Part shown: positions 1-8,073 of the stretch, in pieces
How the letters are laid out: the number at the start of each line of letters is the position of its first letter
Numbering within the stretch: position 1 is the stretch's first letter
From: Dehalococcoidia bacterium
GTDB taxonomy: Bacteria > Chloroflexota > Dehalococcoidia > UBA2979
Direction of reading: 5' to 3'
Assembly: GCA_964291495.2 (NCBI GenBank)
Contig: OZ219871.1
Coordinates: 288,001 to 352,000 of the forward strand
Length of the DNA stretch: 64,000 bases
The notes under the pieces: model-generated
Told to the model about the DNA's origin: nothing
Database searches by the model: none
Seen by the model: only the letters and a program-made list of their open reading frames with translations
Position numbers and translations under genes: made by a program

Positions 1-1245
1 CTCCCATGTCTCTTCCAACGGCAGCAGACGGTAGTACTCGAAGATCGCGGGTTCGCCCGCCAGTGCTGCAAGCCGCTCAATGGCAAGAAACGCGAGCGCG
101 TGCGCTCCAGCGGGCTGATCGCCGGGGTCTTGGCTGACCGTCTCGAGGCTGTGCAGCGGAACCGTGGCGCGCGTTGTCTGGTTCACCTGGCCGCCCCGGG
201 CTACCTCGTAGCCGACACTCCCCGCCACGGGTTGGTAGATGACATCGATGTACATCTCCGTGCCGATCACCAGCCAGTCCGCTCCGCCTGGATCACCGGT
301 CGAGACTCCATGGCCGACCAGCGCTTGCACCTGACGATTCTCCAGCCTGAGCACGTCGTCCGGCCGGGCGCAGCTGGCCAGCACCACGTCCACGTAGTCG
401 TCAGTGAGCCGCGCACAGTTCCGGTACGGTGGCGGCCGCCCGAATACCGCGACGTGGGTCGCCCGCAGCGCCTCCACGTCGGCGCCCACGTAGAGCGGAG
501 TCTCCCTCGGAACGACCCCGAAGCGCTCGGCGAATAACGTCTGGACCCGCTCGTACTCGGCGATGATGCCCCTCTTGATGTGGGCAGGAACCTCGCCGAG
601 GAACACGACCGGCGGATCCGCACCCGGTTGATCCCACTCGACGGCCCTCGCTGCCCGGATCATGAGCGCGTCGCCCCGGCGAAGACCGGGCCCCGTGTCC
701 GCCTGCCCGCTCGAGCGCAGGCTGTGGCGCACGTATTGCTGTCCGGCTGCGTCCCAGCCCCACGCCGCGAGCGCCGCGTCGCCGAGCCCCTGGAGGGCTT
801 CCCTGACCGGCGTGCCGTCGTCTCCTGTCCAGCCGACGAGGTTCAGGCCCGGGTGCAGCCGGAGCTCCGCGCCCTCCAGCGCGATCGGGCGGTCCCACCG
901 GACCGGCGCGTCGCCACCGATCAGCAGCCATAGCCCCATGCCGGCGGTGAGCGTTGGCAACTGCTCGTACTCGCCTCGCCACGCCCGCCGGTAGCGCTCG
1001 TGCTCGGCGTCCCACGCCGAGATCCGCTCCAACTCCGGGAGCTGGTGGAACAGACGCCGGGACGCGGTCTCGGGCCCGACCCAGCCGACCATGTTCCAGC
1101 CGGGCTGCAGCTCCGTCGAGGTACGTGGCAGGACCACCCACGAGGACAAGCCGACAGACCCGGTCGCGCCGGCCGATGCGAGCCCTGCGCACAGCACCAG
1201 CGCAGCGAGGAGAGGAGTGAACCCGAGGTGGACGGGCCGACGCAT
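1..1245 (-). CDS. Secreted protein with two LxPGxNxVGWxG repeats and a degenerate peptidase-MA-like C-terminal region (runs off the left edge)
   Basis: Not in the ORF track because it has no stop in the window. Manual translation from ATG 1245 is open to base 1: MRRPVHLGFTPLLAALVLCAGLASA (signal peptide), ELQPGWNMVGWVG, RLHPGLNLVGWTG, then ADWLVIGTEMY and AFLAIERLAALAGEPAIFEYYRLL. Confidence 0.75.
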   Translation of the reverse strand, partial: MRRPVHLGFTPLLAALVLCAGLASAGATGSVGLSSWVVLPRTSTELQPGWNMVGWVGPETASRRLFHQLPELERISAWDAEHERYRRAWRGEYEQLPTLTAGMGLWLLIGGDAPVRWDRPIALEGAELRLHPGLNLVGWTGDDGTPVREALQGLGDAALAAWGWDAAGQQYVRHSLRSSGQADTGPGLRRGDALMIRAARAVEWDQPGADPPVVFLGEVPAHIKRGIIAEYERVQTLFAERFGVVPRETPLYVGADVEALRATHVAVFGRPPPYRNCARLTDDYVDVVLASCARPDDVLRLENRQVQALVGHGVSTGDPGGADWLVIGTEMYIDVIYQPVAGSVGYEVARGGQVNQTTRATVPLHSLETVSQDPGDQPAGAHALAFLAIERLAALAGEPAIFEYYRLLPLEETWE

Positions 1246-1328
1246 GCTCACCCCCCGTGCAGTGGCTCCACTCACAAGGTACTACGCCAGTTCGACCGGT
1301 CTGGTTCCCTCGGATCTTTCTCACCTCG

Positions 1329-1358
1329 TTGACACTCCGTGGCGGCCAGCCGTAGCCT
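1329..1358 (+). promoter_or_regulatory. Sigma70-type promoter of the trp leader
   Basis: TTGACA (1329-1334), 18-nt spacer, TAGCCT (1353-1358), just upstream of the T-box leader. Confidence 0.6.
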
Positions 1359-1384
1359 CGATCACGGTCGCAAGCGCGAAAGAG

Positions 1385-1707
1385 AGCGACGCGGAACGGG
1401 AGTAGTACGCCGTCACGCGGGGCCCAGAGAGCCGGGGCAAGGTGGAAGCCCGGCGCCCGACAGCAGCGGCGGAATGGACCCGGGAGTCTCGGCCCGAACG
1501 CCCCCAATCGACCCGACGAGGGGCAAGTAGGCGTCGACGGTGTGGGCGCCGTTATCCAGGCCCAGGGCATCGCCGCCACGCCCCGCGTCCGGGGCAGCCG
1601 GGTGGCCGTGCCTTGAATGAGCGCGAGCCGCGGGCCTCGAGGCCTCCGGCGCGCGGAACTTGGGTGGCGCCGCGAGGACCATCGCCCCAGGGCGGTGGTC
1701 CCTTTGT
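1385..1707 (+). promoter_or_regulatory. T-box riboswitch, Trp (UGG) specifier
   Basis: Stem I elements: AGTAGTA (1401), AGAGAGCC, GGTGGAAG and specifier loop GAA-TGG-A (TGG 1475-1477). Also GCAAGTAG, GCCGTTATC (1548-1556) and T-box AACTTGGGTGGCGCCGCG (1657-1674). The antiterminator (TGGG/CCCA, GCGA/TCGC) overlaps a terminator hairpin. It lies upstream of trpE. Confidence 0.9.
1676..1707 (+). terminator. T-box intrinsic terminator
   Basis: GGACCATCGCC-ccag-GGCGGTGGTCC followed by CTTTGT. It is mutually exclusive with the antiterminator; the U-tract is short. Confidence 0.7.
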
Positions 1708-1740
1708 ATCCGGGACAACCCGTGTATCCGGGGCAACCCA
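1705..1740. repeat. 18-bp tandem duplication in the trp leader
   Basis: TGTATCCGGGACAACCCG followed directly by TGTATCCGGGGCAACCCA (16/18 identical). Confidence 0.85.
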
Positions 1741-1768
1741 CGGCTGGAGGAAACGAGGAGGCTTGATC

Positions 1769-1891
1769 GTGCACCGCAGCAGCCCTGCGCCGTACCGCCG
1801 CCAGTCCGCCGCACGCCTCGGCGGCGTCTGGTGGTGGCCGCGCGCCACGGGCTCACGACGCTGCATCGCACGAACAGGACGACGACGATGA
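1769..1891 (+). CDS. Putative Trp-sensing leader peptide (40 aa, WWW)
   Basis: GAGGAGG 7 nt before GTG 1769. Translation MHRSSPAPYRRQSAARLGGVWWWPRATGSRRCIARTGRRR*, with TGG TGG TGG at 1829-1837. Its TGA (1889-1891) overlaps the trpE ATG (1888). Confidence 0.65.
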   Translation: MHRSSPAPYRRQSAARLGGVWWWPRATGSRRCIARTGRRR

Positions 1892-3378
1892 CGACACCGA
1901 CCGCAACCCGCACCATGCCGACCCGCGAGGAGCTGCACCGCCTCGCGGCCGCCGGCGAGGGCAACATCGCGGCGATCTACCGCGAGGTGCGCGCCGACCT
2001 GGAGACGCCTGTCTCCGCCTACCTCAAGATCGCGCGCGGCAAGTACTCCTTCCTCCTCGAGTCCGTCGAGGGCGGCGAGCGCATGGGGCGCTACTCCTAC
2101 ATCGGCACCGAGCCGTACCGGGTGAGCGCCCTCAACCACGAGGACGGCGATCCGCTGAGCGTGATCGAGGACGAGATCGCCGAGTTGCGGCCGGTCGCGG
2201 CGCCAGGGCTGCCGCGCTTCCACGGCGGGGCCGTCGGCTACCTCGGCTACGAGACCGTCGGGCACTTCGAGCGCATCCCGCGCCCGGAGACGGACGCGCT
2301 GGGCGTGCCCGAGTCGTGGCTGATGTTCACCGACACGCTGCTCGTCTTCGACCACGTGCTGCACACCATCAAGGTGATCTCGCACGCCCGCCTCGACGGC
2401 GACGTCGACGCCGCCTACGACGCGGCGGTCGCGAAGATCGAGCGCCTTACGGAGCGCCTCGAGGCGCCGCTCGCCGCGCTGCCCTACGTTCCGCTCGACG
2501 GGCCGACCGGGCAGCCGATCGGGTCCAACTGGGCGCACGAAGACTACCTGCGAGCCGTCGAGCGCACGAAGCAGTACATCGTCGAAGGCGACATCATCCA
2601 GGCGGTGATCGCGCAGCGCTTCTCGCGCGAGACCGGCGTGCACCCCGTGGAGCTGTACCGCTCGCTGCGCGTCGTCAACCCCTCGCCCTACATGTACCTG
2701 CTGCAGTTCGACGACATCGCCATCATCGGCGCCTCGCCGGAGCTGCTGGTGAAGGTCGAGGACGGCGTCGTCGACGTGCACCCGATCGCCGGAACGCGCC
2801 CGCGCAGCGGCTCGCCCGACGAGGACGAGCGGCTGGCCGAGGAGCTGCGCAACGATCCCAAGGAGATCGCCGAGCACGTGATGCTGCTCGACCTCGGGCG
2901 CAACGACGTCGGGCGCGTCTCGAAGTCCGGCTCGGTCGAGGTGACGCAGAGCTTCGACCTCGAGCTCTACTCGCACGTGATGCACCTCGTGAGCCACGTG
3001 CGGGGCGAGCTGCGCGAGGAGATGAGCGGCTACGACGCGCTGCGTTCGGCCTTCCCGGCGGGAACGGTCTCCGGCGCGCCCAAGATCCGCGCGATGGAGA
3101 TCATCGCCGAGCTGGAGCCGGACCAGCGCGGCCCCTACGCGGGGGCCGTCGGCTTCTTCGACCTCTCGGGCAACGTCGAGACCTGCATCACGATTCGCAC
3201 GGTGCTGCTGCGCGACGGCGTCGCCTACGTGCAGGCCGGCGGCGGCATCGTCTACGACTCCGACCCGCAGCGCGAGTTCGAGGAGACGCAGCACAAGGCG
3301 CGCGCGTTGATGGCCGCCATCGACGACGCCGAGGCGCGAGCGGGCGTCAGCACGCCCTCGGGAAGCCTGGGCTACTGA
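1888..3378 (+). CDS. trpE: Anthranilate synthase component I
   Basis: DLETPVSAYLK, FLLESVEGG, NPSPYMY, PIAGTRPR, EHVMLLDLGRND, FPAGTVSGAPK. Start moved to ATG 1888 (alternative 1915). Confidence 0.96.
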   Translation: MTTPTATRTMPTREELHRLAAAGEGNIAAIYREVRADLETPVSAYLKIARGKYSFLLESVEGGERMGRYSYIGTEPYRVSALNHEDGDPLSVIEDEIAELRPVAAPGLPRFHGGAVGYLGYETVGHFERIPRPETDALGVPESWLMFTDTLLVFDHVLHTIKVISHARLDGDVDAAYDAAVAKIERLTERLEAPLAALPYVPLDGPTGQPIGSNWAHEDYLRAVERTKQYIVEGDIIQAVIAQRFSRETGVHPVELYRSLRVVNPSPYMYLLQFDDIAIIGASPELLVKVEDGVVDVHPIAGTRPRSGSPDEDERLAEELRNDPKEIAEHVMLLDLGRNDVGRVSKSGSVEVTQSFDLELYSHVMHLVSHVRGELREEMSGYDALRSAFPAGTVSGAPKIRAMEIIAELEPDQRGPYAGAVGFFDLSGNVETCITIRTVLLRDGVAYVQAGGGIVYDSDPQREFEETQHKARALMAAIDDAEARAGVSTPSGSLGY

Positions 3379-4283
3379 TGGACGCCAAGCCGCTTGTCGC
3401 ATCCGCCGCGCTGCGCCGCAGCGACGGCCGCGTGCTGCTCGTGCGCCACGCCCGCGAGGAGCGCAGCGGCGCGGGCAGCCGCTGGACGCTGCCCTCGGAG
3501 CCCGTCGCCGACGACGAGACGGCCGAGCAGGCGCTGGCGCGGCTGCTGGCCGACCGCCTCCGCCTGGCGCCCGACCGCCGCGAGTTCAACGACTCGCTGG
3601 CGCTGCCGGCCGCGATCGCCAACGTTTTCATCTGCAGCTCCTGGCGCGGCGACCCGCAGTACGCGCCTGCGGACTTCCTCGACGCCGCCTGGGCGCCTCC
3701 CGGCACCGCGCCGGGCATCGACCTCGTCGAGGGTGTGCGTGAGTGGCTGCGCGGCTTGCCCGCAGACGGCGGTGCGCTCCCGAAGAGCGCCAGCGTCGAG
3801 GACCTGACGGCCGAGCTGATCACAGCGCGCGATGCGCTGCGGGCGGCCTACCTGGCGCTCGACGAGCCCTGGCGCGACGTCAGCCTCGATGGCGAGTGGG
3901 CGCCGGTGGACCTGCTGACGCACTGCGCCACGGTCGAGGCCTACTACGCCTCCGAGGCGCGCGAGCTGCTGGAGACGCCCGGCCACACCTGGCGCCCCTT
4001 CAACCCTGCGCAGGGCGAAGCGGAGCGCGCCGGCCGCGCCCGCCCGGCCAGCGATCGCGCCGAAGTCGAGCGCCTCGACGTGCTGCGGGCGGAGACGCTC
4101 GCCTGGATCGAGGAACTCACGCAGGACGAGCTGGACGCCTACGGCGACCACGCCGATCGCGGCGCGGTGCGCGTCGGCGACCGGATCGCGCGCATCGCGG
4201 CCCACGACCGCGCGCACACGCAGCAACTTGCGAAGATGCTTGCCGCCTCGCAGGCGGATCCCGACGACGACGAGGAGGCCTGA
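3378..4283 (+). CDS. Degenerate NUDIX domain fused to a DinB/YfiT-like domain
   Basis: ATG overlaps the trpE stop. The N-terminal GRVLLVRH...WTLPSEPVADDETAEQALARLLADRL is NUDIX-fold-like but lacks the REUXEE glutamates. The C-terminal GEWAPVDLLTHC...AAHDRAHTQQL matches the DinB His triad. Confidence 0.7.
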   Translation: MDAKPLVASAALRRSDGRVLLVRHAREERSGAGSRWTLPSEPVADDETAEQALARLLADRLRLAPDRREFNDSLALPAAIANVFICSSWRGDPQYAPADFLDAAWAPPGTAPGIDLVEGVREWLRGLPADGGALPKSASVEDLTAELITARDALRAAYLALDEPWRDVSLDGEWAPVDLLTHCATVEAYYASEARELLETPGHTWRPFNPAQGEAERAGRARPASDRAEVERLDVLRAETLAWIEELTQDELDAYGDHADRGAVRVGDRIARIAAHDRAHTQQLAKMLAASQADPDDDEEA

Positions 4284-4285
4284 CC

Positions 4286-4369
4286 ATGCTTCTCCTGATC
4301 GATAACGTCCGCGGCCGATCCGTGGCTTACTCCCGCAGCTTGTTTGGAGCGTTCCCATGCTCTTGCTGA
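4286..4369 (+). pseudogene. Duplicated trpG 5' fragment (27-codon ORF starting MLLLIDN)
   Basis: ATGCTTCTCCTGATCGATAAC at 4286 encodes the same first 7 aa as trpG at 4357 (ATGCTCTTGCTGATCGATAAC), then diverges. It is preceded by GAGGAGG. Confidence 0.6.
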
Positions 4370-4950
4370 TCGATAACTACGATTCGTTCACCTACAACCT
4401 CTACCAGTACCTCTCCGAGCTGGGCGCGACTGTCGAGGTCGTGCGCAACGACGAGGCGAGCGTCGAGGACTGCCTGGCGATGGGAGCGGAGCGGATCGTC
4501 GTCTCGCCGGGGCCCTGCACCCCTGCGGAGGCGGGGATCTCGATCGACCTGATCCGGGCGGCGGCCGGACAGGTGCCGCTCCTCGGCGTCTGTCTCGGGC
4601 ACCAGAGCATCGGCGAGGCGTTCGGCGCGCGGGTCGGGCCGGCAGGCGAGATCATGCACGGCAAGATCTCGACGGTGACGCACGACGGCAAGGGCGTCTT
4701 CGAGTCGCTGCCGCAGCCGTTCGAGGCGATTCGCTATCATTCACTCGCGATCGAGCCGGACACGCTGCCCGCCGAGCTGGAGGTCACGGCACGCGCGGAG
4801 AGCGGAGTGATCATGGGCGTCCGCCACCGCACGCTGCCGATCGAAGGCGTTCAGTTCCACCCCGAGTCCATCATGACGACGACCGGCCACGACTTGCTGC
4901 GCAACTTCCTCGCGATGGAGTCGCCGCGCACGGCGGCGGCCCCGGCGTGA
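4357..4950 (+). CDS. trpG: Anthranilate synthase component II (glutamine amidotransferase)
   Basis: IDNYDSFTYNL, SPGPCTP, LGVCLGHQ, RYHSL, GVQFHPES. Confidence 0.96.
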   Translation: MLLLIDNYDSFTYNLYQYLSELGATVEVVRNDEASVEDCLAMGAERIVVSPGPCTPAEAGISIDLIRAAAGQVPLLGVCLGHQSIGEAFGARVGPAGEIMHGKISTVTHDGKGVFESLPQPFEAIRYHSLAIEPDTLPAELEVTARAESGVIMGVRHRTLPIEGVQFHPESIMTTTGHDLLRNFLAMESPRTAAAPA

Positions 4951-4968
4951 GGCGAGAGGCGGCCTGAG

Positions 4969-5349
4969 ATGGGCACCTTCCACCAGCAAATCGAACTCGC
5001 CGCGAGGCCTGAGGGGCCATTCGAGACGCTGGACGCGCTAGTCGACACCGGTGCGACCTACACGCTCGTGCCAGCATCCATCCTGAGAAGGCTCGGAATT
5101 AGGCCGACGGACAGCCTCACATTCATCATCGCCGATGGCAGTCGAATGCAGCAGGAGATTGGCGAAGCCACCGTCCGGCTCGACGGACGCGAGCGCACGA
5201 CTCTCGTTGTGTTTGGCGACGAGGGCGCCACCGTGCTGTTGGGCGCCTACACACTGGAAGCATTCGCGCTAGGAGTCGATCCGCGAAACCGCCAGTTGAT
5301 CCCCGTGGACGGCTACCTCGTGGGGTTGCGACACGGGGGCGGCTCATGA
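4969..5349 (+). CDS. Clan AA (retropepsin-like) aspartic protease
   Basis: ALVDTGATYT catalytic motif, ADG flap-like segment, C-terminal LLGAYTLEAFALGVDP. Confidence 0.85.
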   Translation: MGTFHQQIELAARPEGPFETLDALVDTGATYTLVPASILRRLGIRPTDSLTFIIADGSRMQQEIGEATVRLDGRERTTLVVFGDEGATVLLGAYTLEAFALGVDPRNRQLIPVDGYLVGLRHGGGS

Positions 5350-6371
5350 TCGGCGAGGCGATCGGCGCGCTCGTCGAGGAGGGGCGCGACCTCAGCGAGG
5401 ACGAGGCCGCCGCCGTCATGAACGAGATCATGGAGGCGGAGGCGACGCCCGCGCAGTTCGGCGCCTTCGTCCTCGCGCTGCGCCACAAGGGCGAGACCGT
5501 CGACGAGGTCGTCGGAATGGCGCGGGTGATGCGCGAGCACTCGCTGAGGGCGCACGTCAGCGCCCGCCCGCTGCTCGACACCTGCGGGACCGGCGGCTCC
5601 GGGCTCAACACGTTCAACGCCTCGACGGCGGCCGCGATCGTCGCCGCCTCGGTGGGCGCGAAGGTCGCCAAGCACGGCAACCGCGGGATGACCTCGCAGT
5701 CCGGCTCGGCGGACCTGCTCGAGGCGCTCGGCGCGGAGATCGCGCTCGCACCGGAGCAGGTCGCGAGCTGCATCGAGCGCACCGGCGTCGGCTTCCTCTT
5801 CGCGCAGTCGTTCCATCCCGCGATGCGCTTCGCGGCGCCGCTGCGGCGCGAGATCGGCGTGCGCACCGTCTTCAACATCCTCGGCCCGCTCACCAATCCC
5901 GCCTCGGCCAACTGCCACGTGCTGGGCACGCCCCGCGTCGAGACCGCCGAGCTGCTCGCCGGGGCGCTGGCGCGCCTCGGCGTCCGTCACGCCCTCGTGG
6001 TCTCGAGCGACGAGGGCCTCGACGAGATCTCGGTTTCAGCGCCGACGACGCTGTTCGAGGTGCGCGGCCTGGAGGTCACGCAGCACAGCGTCACGCCGCG
6101 CGACCTCGGCGTCGCGGAGCGCACGCTCGACGAGGTGCGCGGCGGCAGCGCCGAGGAGAACGCGGACGCGCTGCGCGCGGTGCTGCGCGGCGACGGCTCC
6201 GGCTCAGCCGCACTGCGCGACTTCATCGCCGTCAACACCGGCGCGGGGCTCTACGTCTGCGGCCTCGCCGCCTCGATCCAGCAGGGCGCCGAGCAGGCGC
6301 TGACGGCGATCGACGAGGGCGAGGCGGCCGCCCGCCTCGGCGCCTTCGTCGAGGCCACCCGGCGCAGCTGA
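5346..6371 (+). CDS. trpD: Anthranilate phosphoribosyltransferase
   Basis: DTCGTGGSG, TFNAST, AKHGNR, RTVFNILGPLTNP, GLDEIS. Confidence 0.97.
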   Translation: MIGEAIGALVEEGRDLSEDEAAAVMNEIMEAEATPAQFGAFVLALRHKGETVDEVVGMARVMREHSLRAHVSARPLLDTCGTGGSGLNTFNASTAAAIVAASVGAKVAKHGNRGMTSQSGSADLLEALGAEIALAPEQVASCIERTGVGFLFAQSFHPAMRFAAPLRREIGVRTVFNILGPLTNPASANCHVLGTPRVETAELLAGALARLGVRHALVVSSDEGLDEISVSAPTTLFEVRGLEVTQHSVTPRDLGVAERTLDEVRGGSAEENADALRAVLRGDGSGSAALRDFIAVNTGAGLYVCGLAASIQQGAEQALTAIDEGEAAARLGAFVEATRRS

Positions 6372-6375
6372 CGCG

Positions 6376-7263
6376 ATGACGGCGCACCCTTCGGCAACCT
6401 CCGGCGGCCCGCGCGAGACGGGTACCGTGCTGGACCGCATCGTCGCCGACCGGCGGCTGCGGCTTGCCGAAGACCAGCGTGCCGTGCCTCGCGACGCCCT
6501 CGAAGGACTCGCCGCCGCGCAGCCGCCCGCGATCGACTTCGTCACACGGCTGACGGGCGGGCGCGCCGCCTCGCCCGAGGGCGCGCGGCTGCGGCTGATC
6601 GGCGAGATCAAGCGCGCCTCTCCCTCGCGGGGGGTGATCGACGGCGATCTCGACGCCGCGGCGCAGGCGCGCGAGTACGCCGCAGCCGGAGCGTCCGCCG
6701 TCTCCGTGCTGACCGAGCCGAGCTTCTTCCAGGGCGGCATCGCGGACCTCGCAGCCGCCTCGGAGGCGTTCGGCGGCGACACGGACCGGCCGGCGCTGCT
6801 GCGCAAGGACTTTCTCTTCGACCCCTACCAGGTCGTCGAGGCGCGCGCGCACCGCGCGGACGCGCTGTTGCTAATCGCGATGATGCTGCCGCCCCGGGCC
6901 CTCACCGATCTGCTGGCGCTCACGCACGCGCAGGGCATGGAGGCGCTGGTCGAGGTGCACGACGCCGACGAACTCGGCGCCGCCGTCGACGCCGGAGCGC
7001 GCGTGATTGGCGTCAACAACCGCGATCTGCGGACGTTCGACGAGGACCTCGCGACGTTCGAGCGGCTCGCGCCGCTGGCGCCGTCCGGGGTCACGCTCGT
7101 CGCCGAGTCGGCGATCCAGAGCGCCGCCGACGCCGAGCGGATGGCCAAGGCCGGCGCGCACGCGCTGCTCGTCGGCGAGGCGCTGGTGCGCACGGGCGAT
7201 GTCGCCGCCAAGGCGCGCGAGCTGATGCTCGCGCCCGCTCGCAGCGGGGTGGGCGGGCGATGA
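6376..7263 (+). CDS. trpC: Indole-3-glycerol phosphate synthase
   Basis: EIKRASPSRG, SVLTEP, LRKDF, LVEVH, IGVNNRDL, VAES. Confidence 0.96.
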   Translation: MTAHPSATSGGPRETGTVLDRIVADRRLRLAEDQRAVPRDALEGLAAAQPPAIDFVTRLTGGRAASPEGARLRLIGEIKRASPSRGVIDGDLDAAAQAREYAAAGASAVSVLTEPSFFQGGIADLAAASEAFGGDTDRPALLRKDFLFDPYQVVEARAHRADALLLIAMMLPPRALTDLLALTHAQGMEALVEVHDADELGAAVDAGARVIGVNNRDLRTFDEDLATFERLAPLAPSGVTLVAESAIQSAADAERMAKAGAHALLVGEALVRTGDVAAKARELMLAPARSGVGGR

Positions 7264-8006
7264 CGCTCGTCAAGATCTGCGGTAACCGCACACCCGCCGA
7301 CGTACTCAATGCGGCCGAGGCCGGCGCCGACTTCGTGGGGATGATCTTCGCCGAGTCGAAGCGTCAGGTGGGCCTGGGCGAGGCGCAGGCGATGGTGCGG
7401 GCCCTCGGCGATCCGCTCGCCGCGCACGAGATCGCGCTGCCGCCGCCCGCTCGCGGCCACGCGCGGGAAGACGAGCGCGAGTGGTTCCGCCACGGCGCGC
7501 AGGTGATCGAGGCCTACCTCGAGGCGAAACGCCCACTCACCGTCGGCCTCTTCGCCGACCAGCCGATCGAGGAGGTCAACGAGCTGGCGCTCGAGTCCGG
7601 TGTCGATCTGGTGCAACTCTCCGGCGACGAGAGCTGGGAAGACTGCCTGCTCGTCGCCCGGCAGGTGATCCAGGTGGTGCACGTCTCGCCGCTCGACTCG
7701 CCCTCGGACCCGATGAGGTACGTCGAGCCCGGGTTCGCGATCGCGCTCATGCTGGACTCGGCGCACGGCCCTTATCGGGGCGGATCGGGCCGCACATTCG
7801 ACTGGGAGGTCGCGCGCATCGTTTCCGCCGAGCTGCCGATGCTGCTGGCCGGCGGCCTGACGCCCGAGAACGTCGGCGAGGCGATCGAGCGCGTCCGCCC
7901 CTGGGCCGTCGACGTATCGACCGGGACGGAGCGCGACGGGCGCAAGGATCCGGAGCGCGTGCGCGAGTTCATCGAGGCTGTGCGCCGCCAGGACGCCACA
8001 GCCTGA
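7260..8006 (+). CDS. trpF: Phosphoribosylanthranilate isomerase (with ~40-aa internal insertion)
   Basis: VKICG, GADFVGMIFAESKRQV, GGSGRTFDW, LAGGLTPENV, VDVSTGTE. Confidence 0.93.
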   Translation: MTLVKICGNRTPADVLNAAEAGADFVGMIFAESKRQVGLGEAQAMVRALGDPLAAHEIALPPPARGHAREDEREWFRHGAQVIEAYLEAKRPLTVGLFADQPIEEVNELALESGVDLVQLSGDESWEDCLLVARQVIQVVHVSPLDSPSDPMRYVEPGFAIALMLDSAHGPYRGGSGRTFDWEVARIVSAELPMLLAGGLTPENVGEAIERVRPWAVDVSTGTERDGRKDPERVREFIEAVRRQDATA

Positions 8007-8073
8007 CGCCCGCCGGCACTCGGCCGTCGCGCGACGCGGCCAGTGAAGCGGGTGCGGCGGAACTACAAGCCAG

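Noticed and set aside
1660-1887. N-terminal extension of trpE in the ORF track
   Set aside because: It overlaps the T-box, terminator and leader ORF and has no RBS. TrpE-like sequence begins after 1888.
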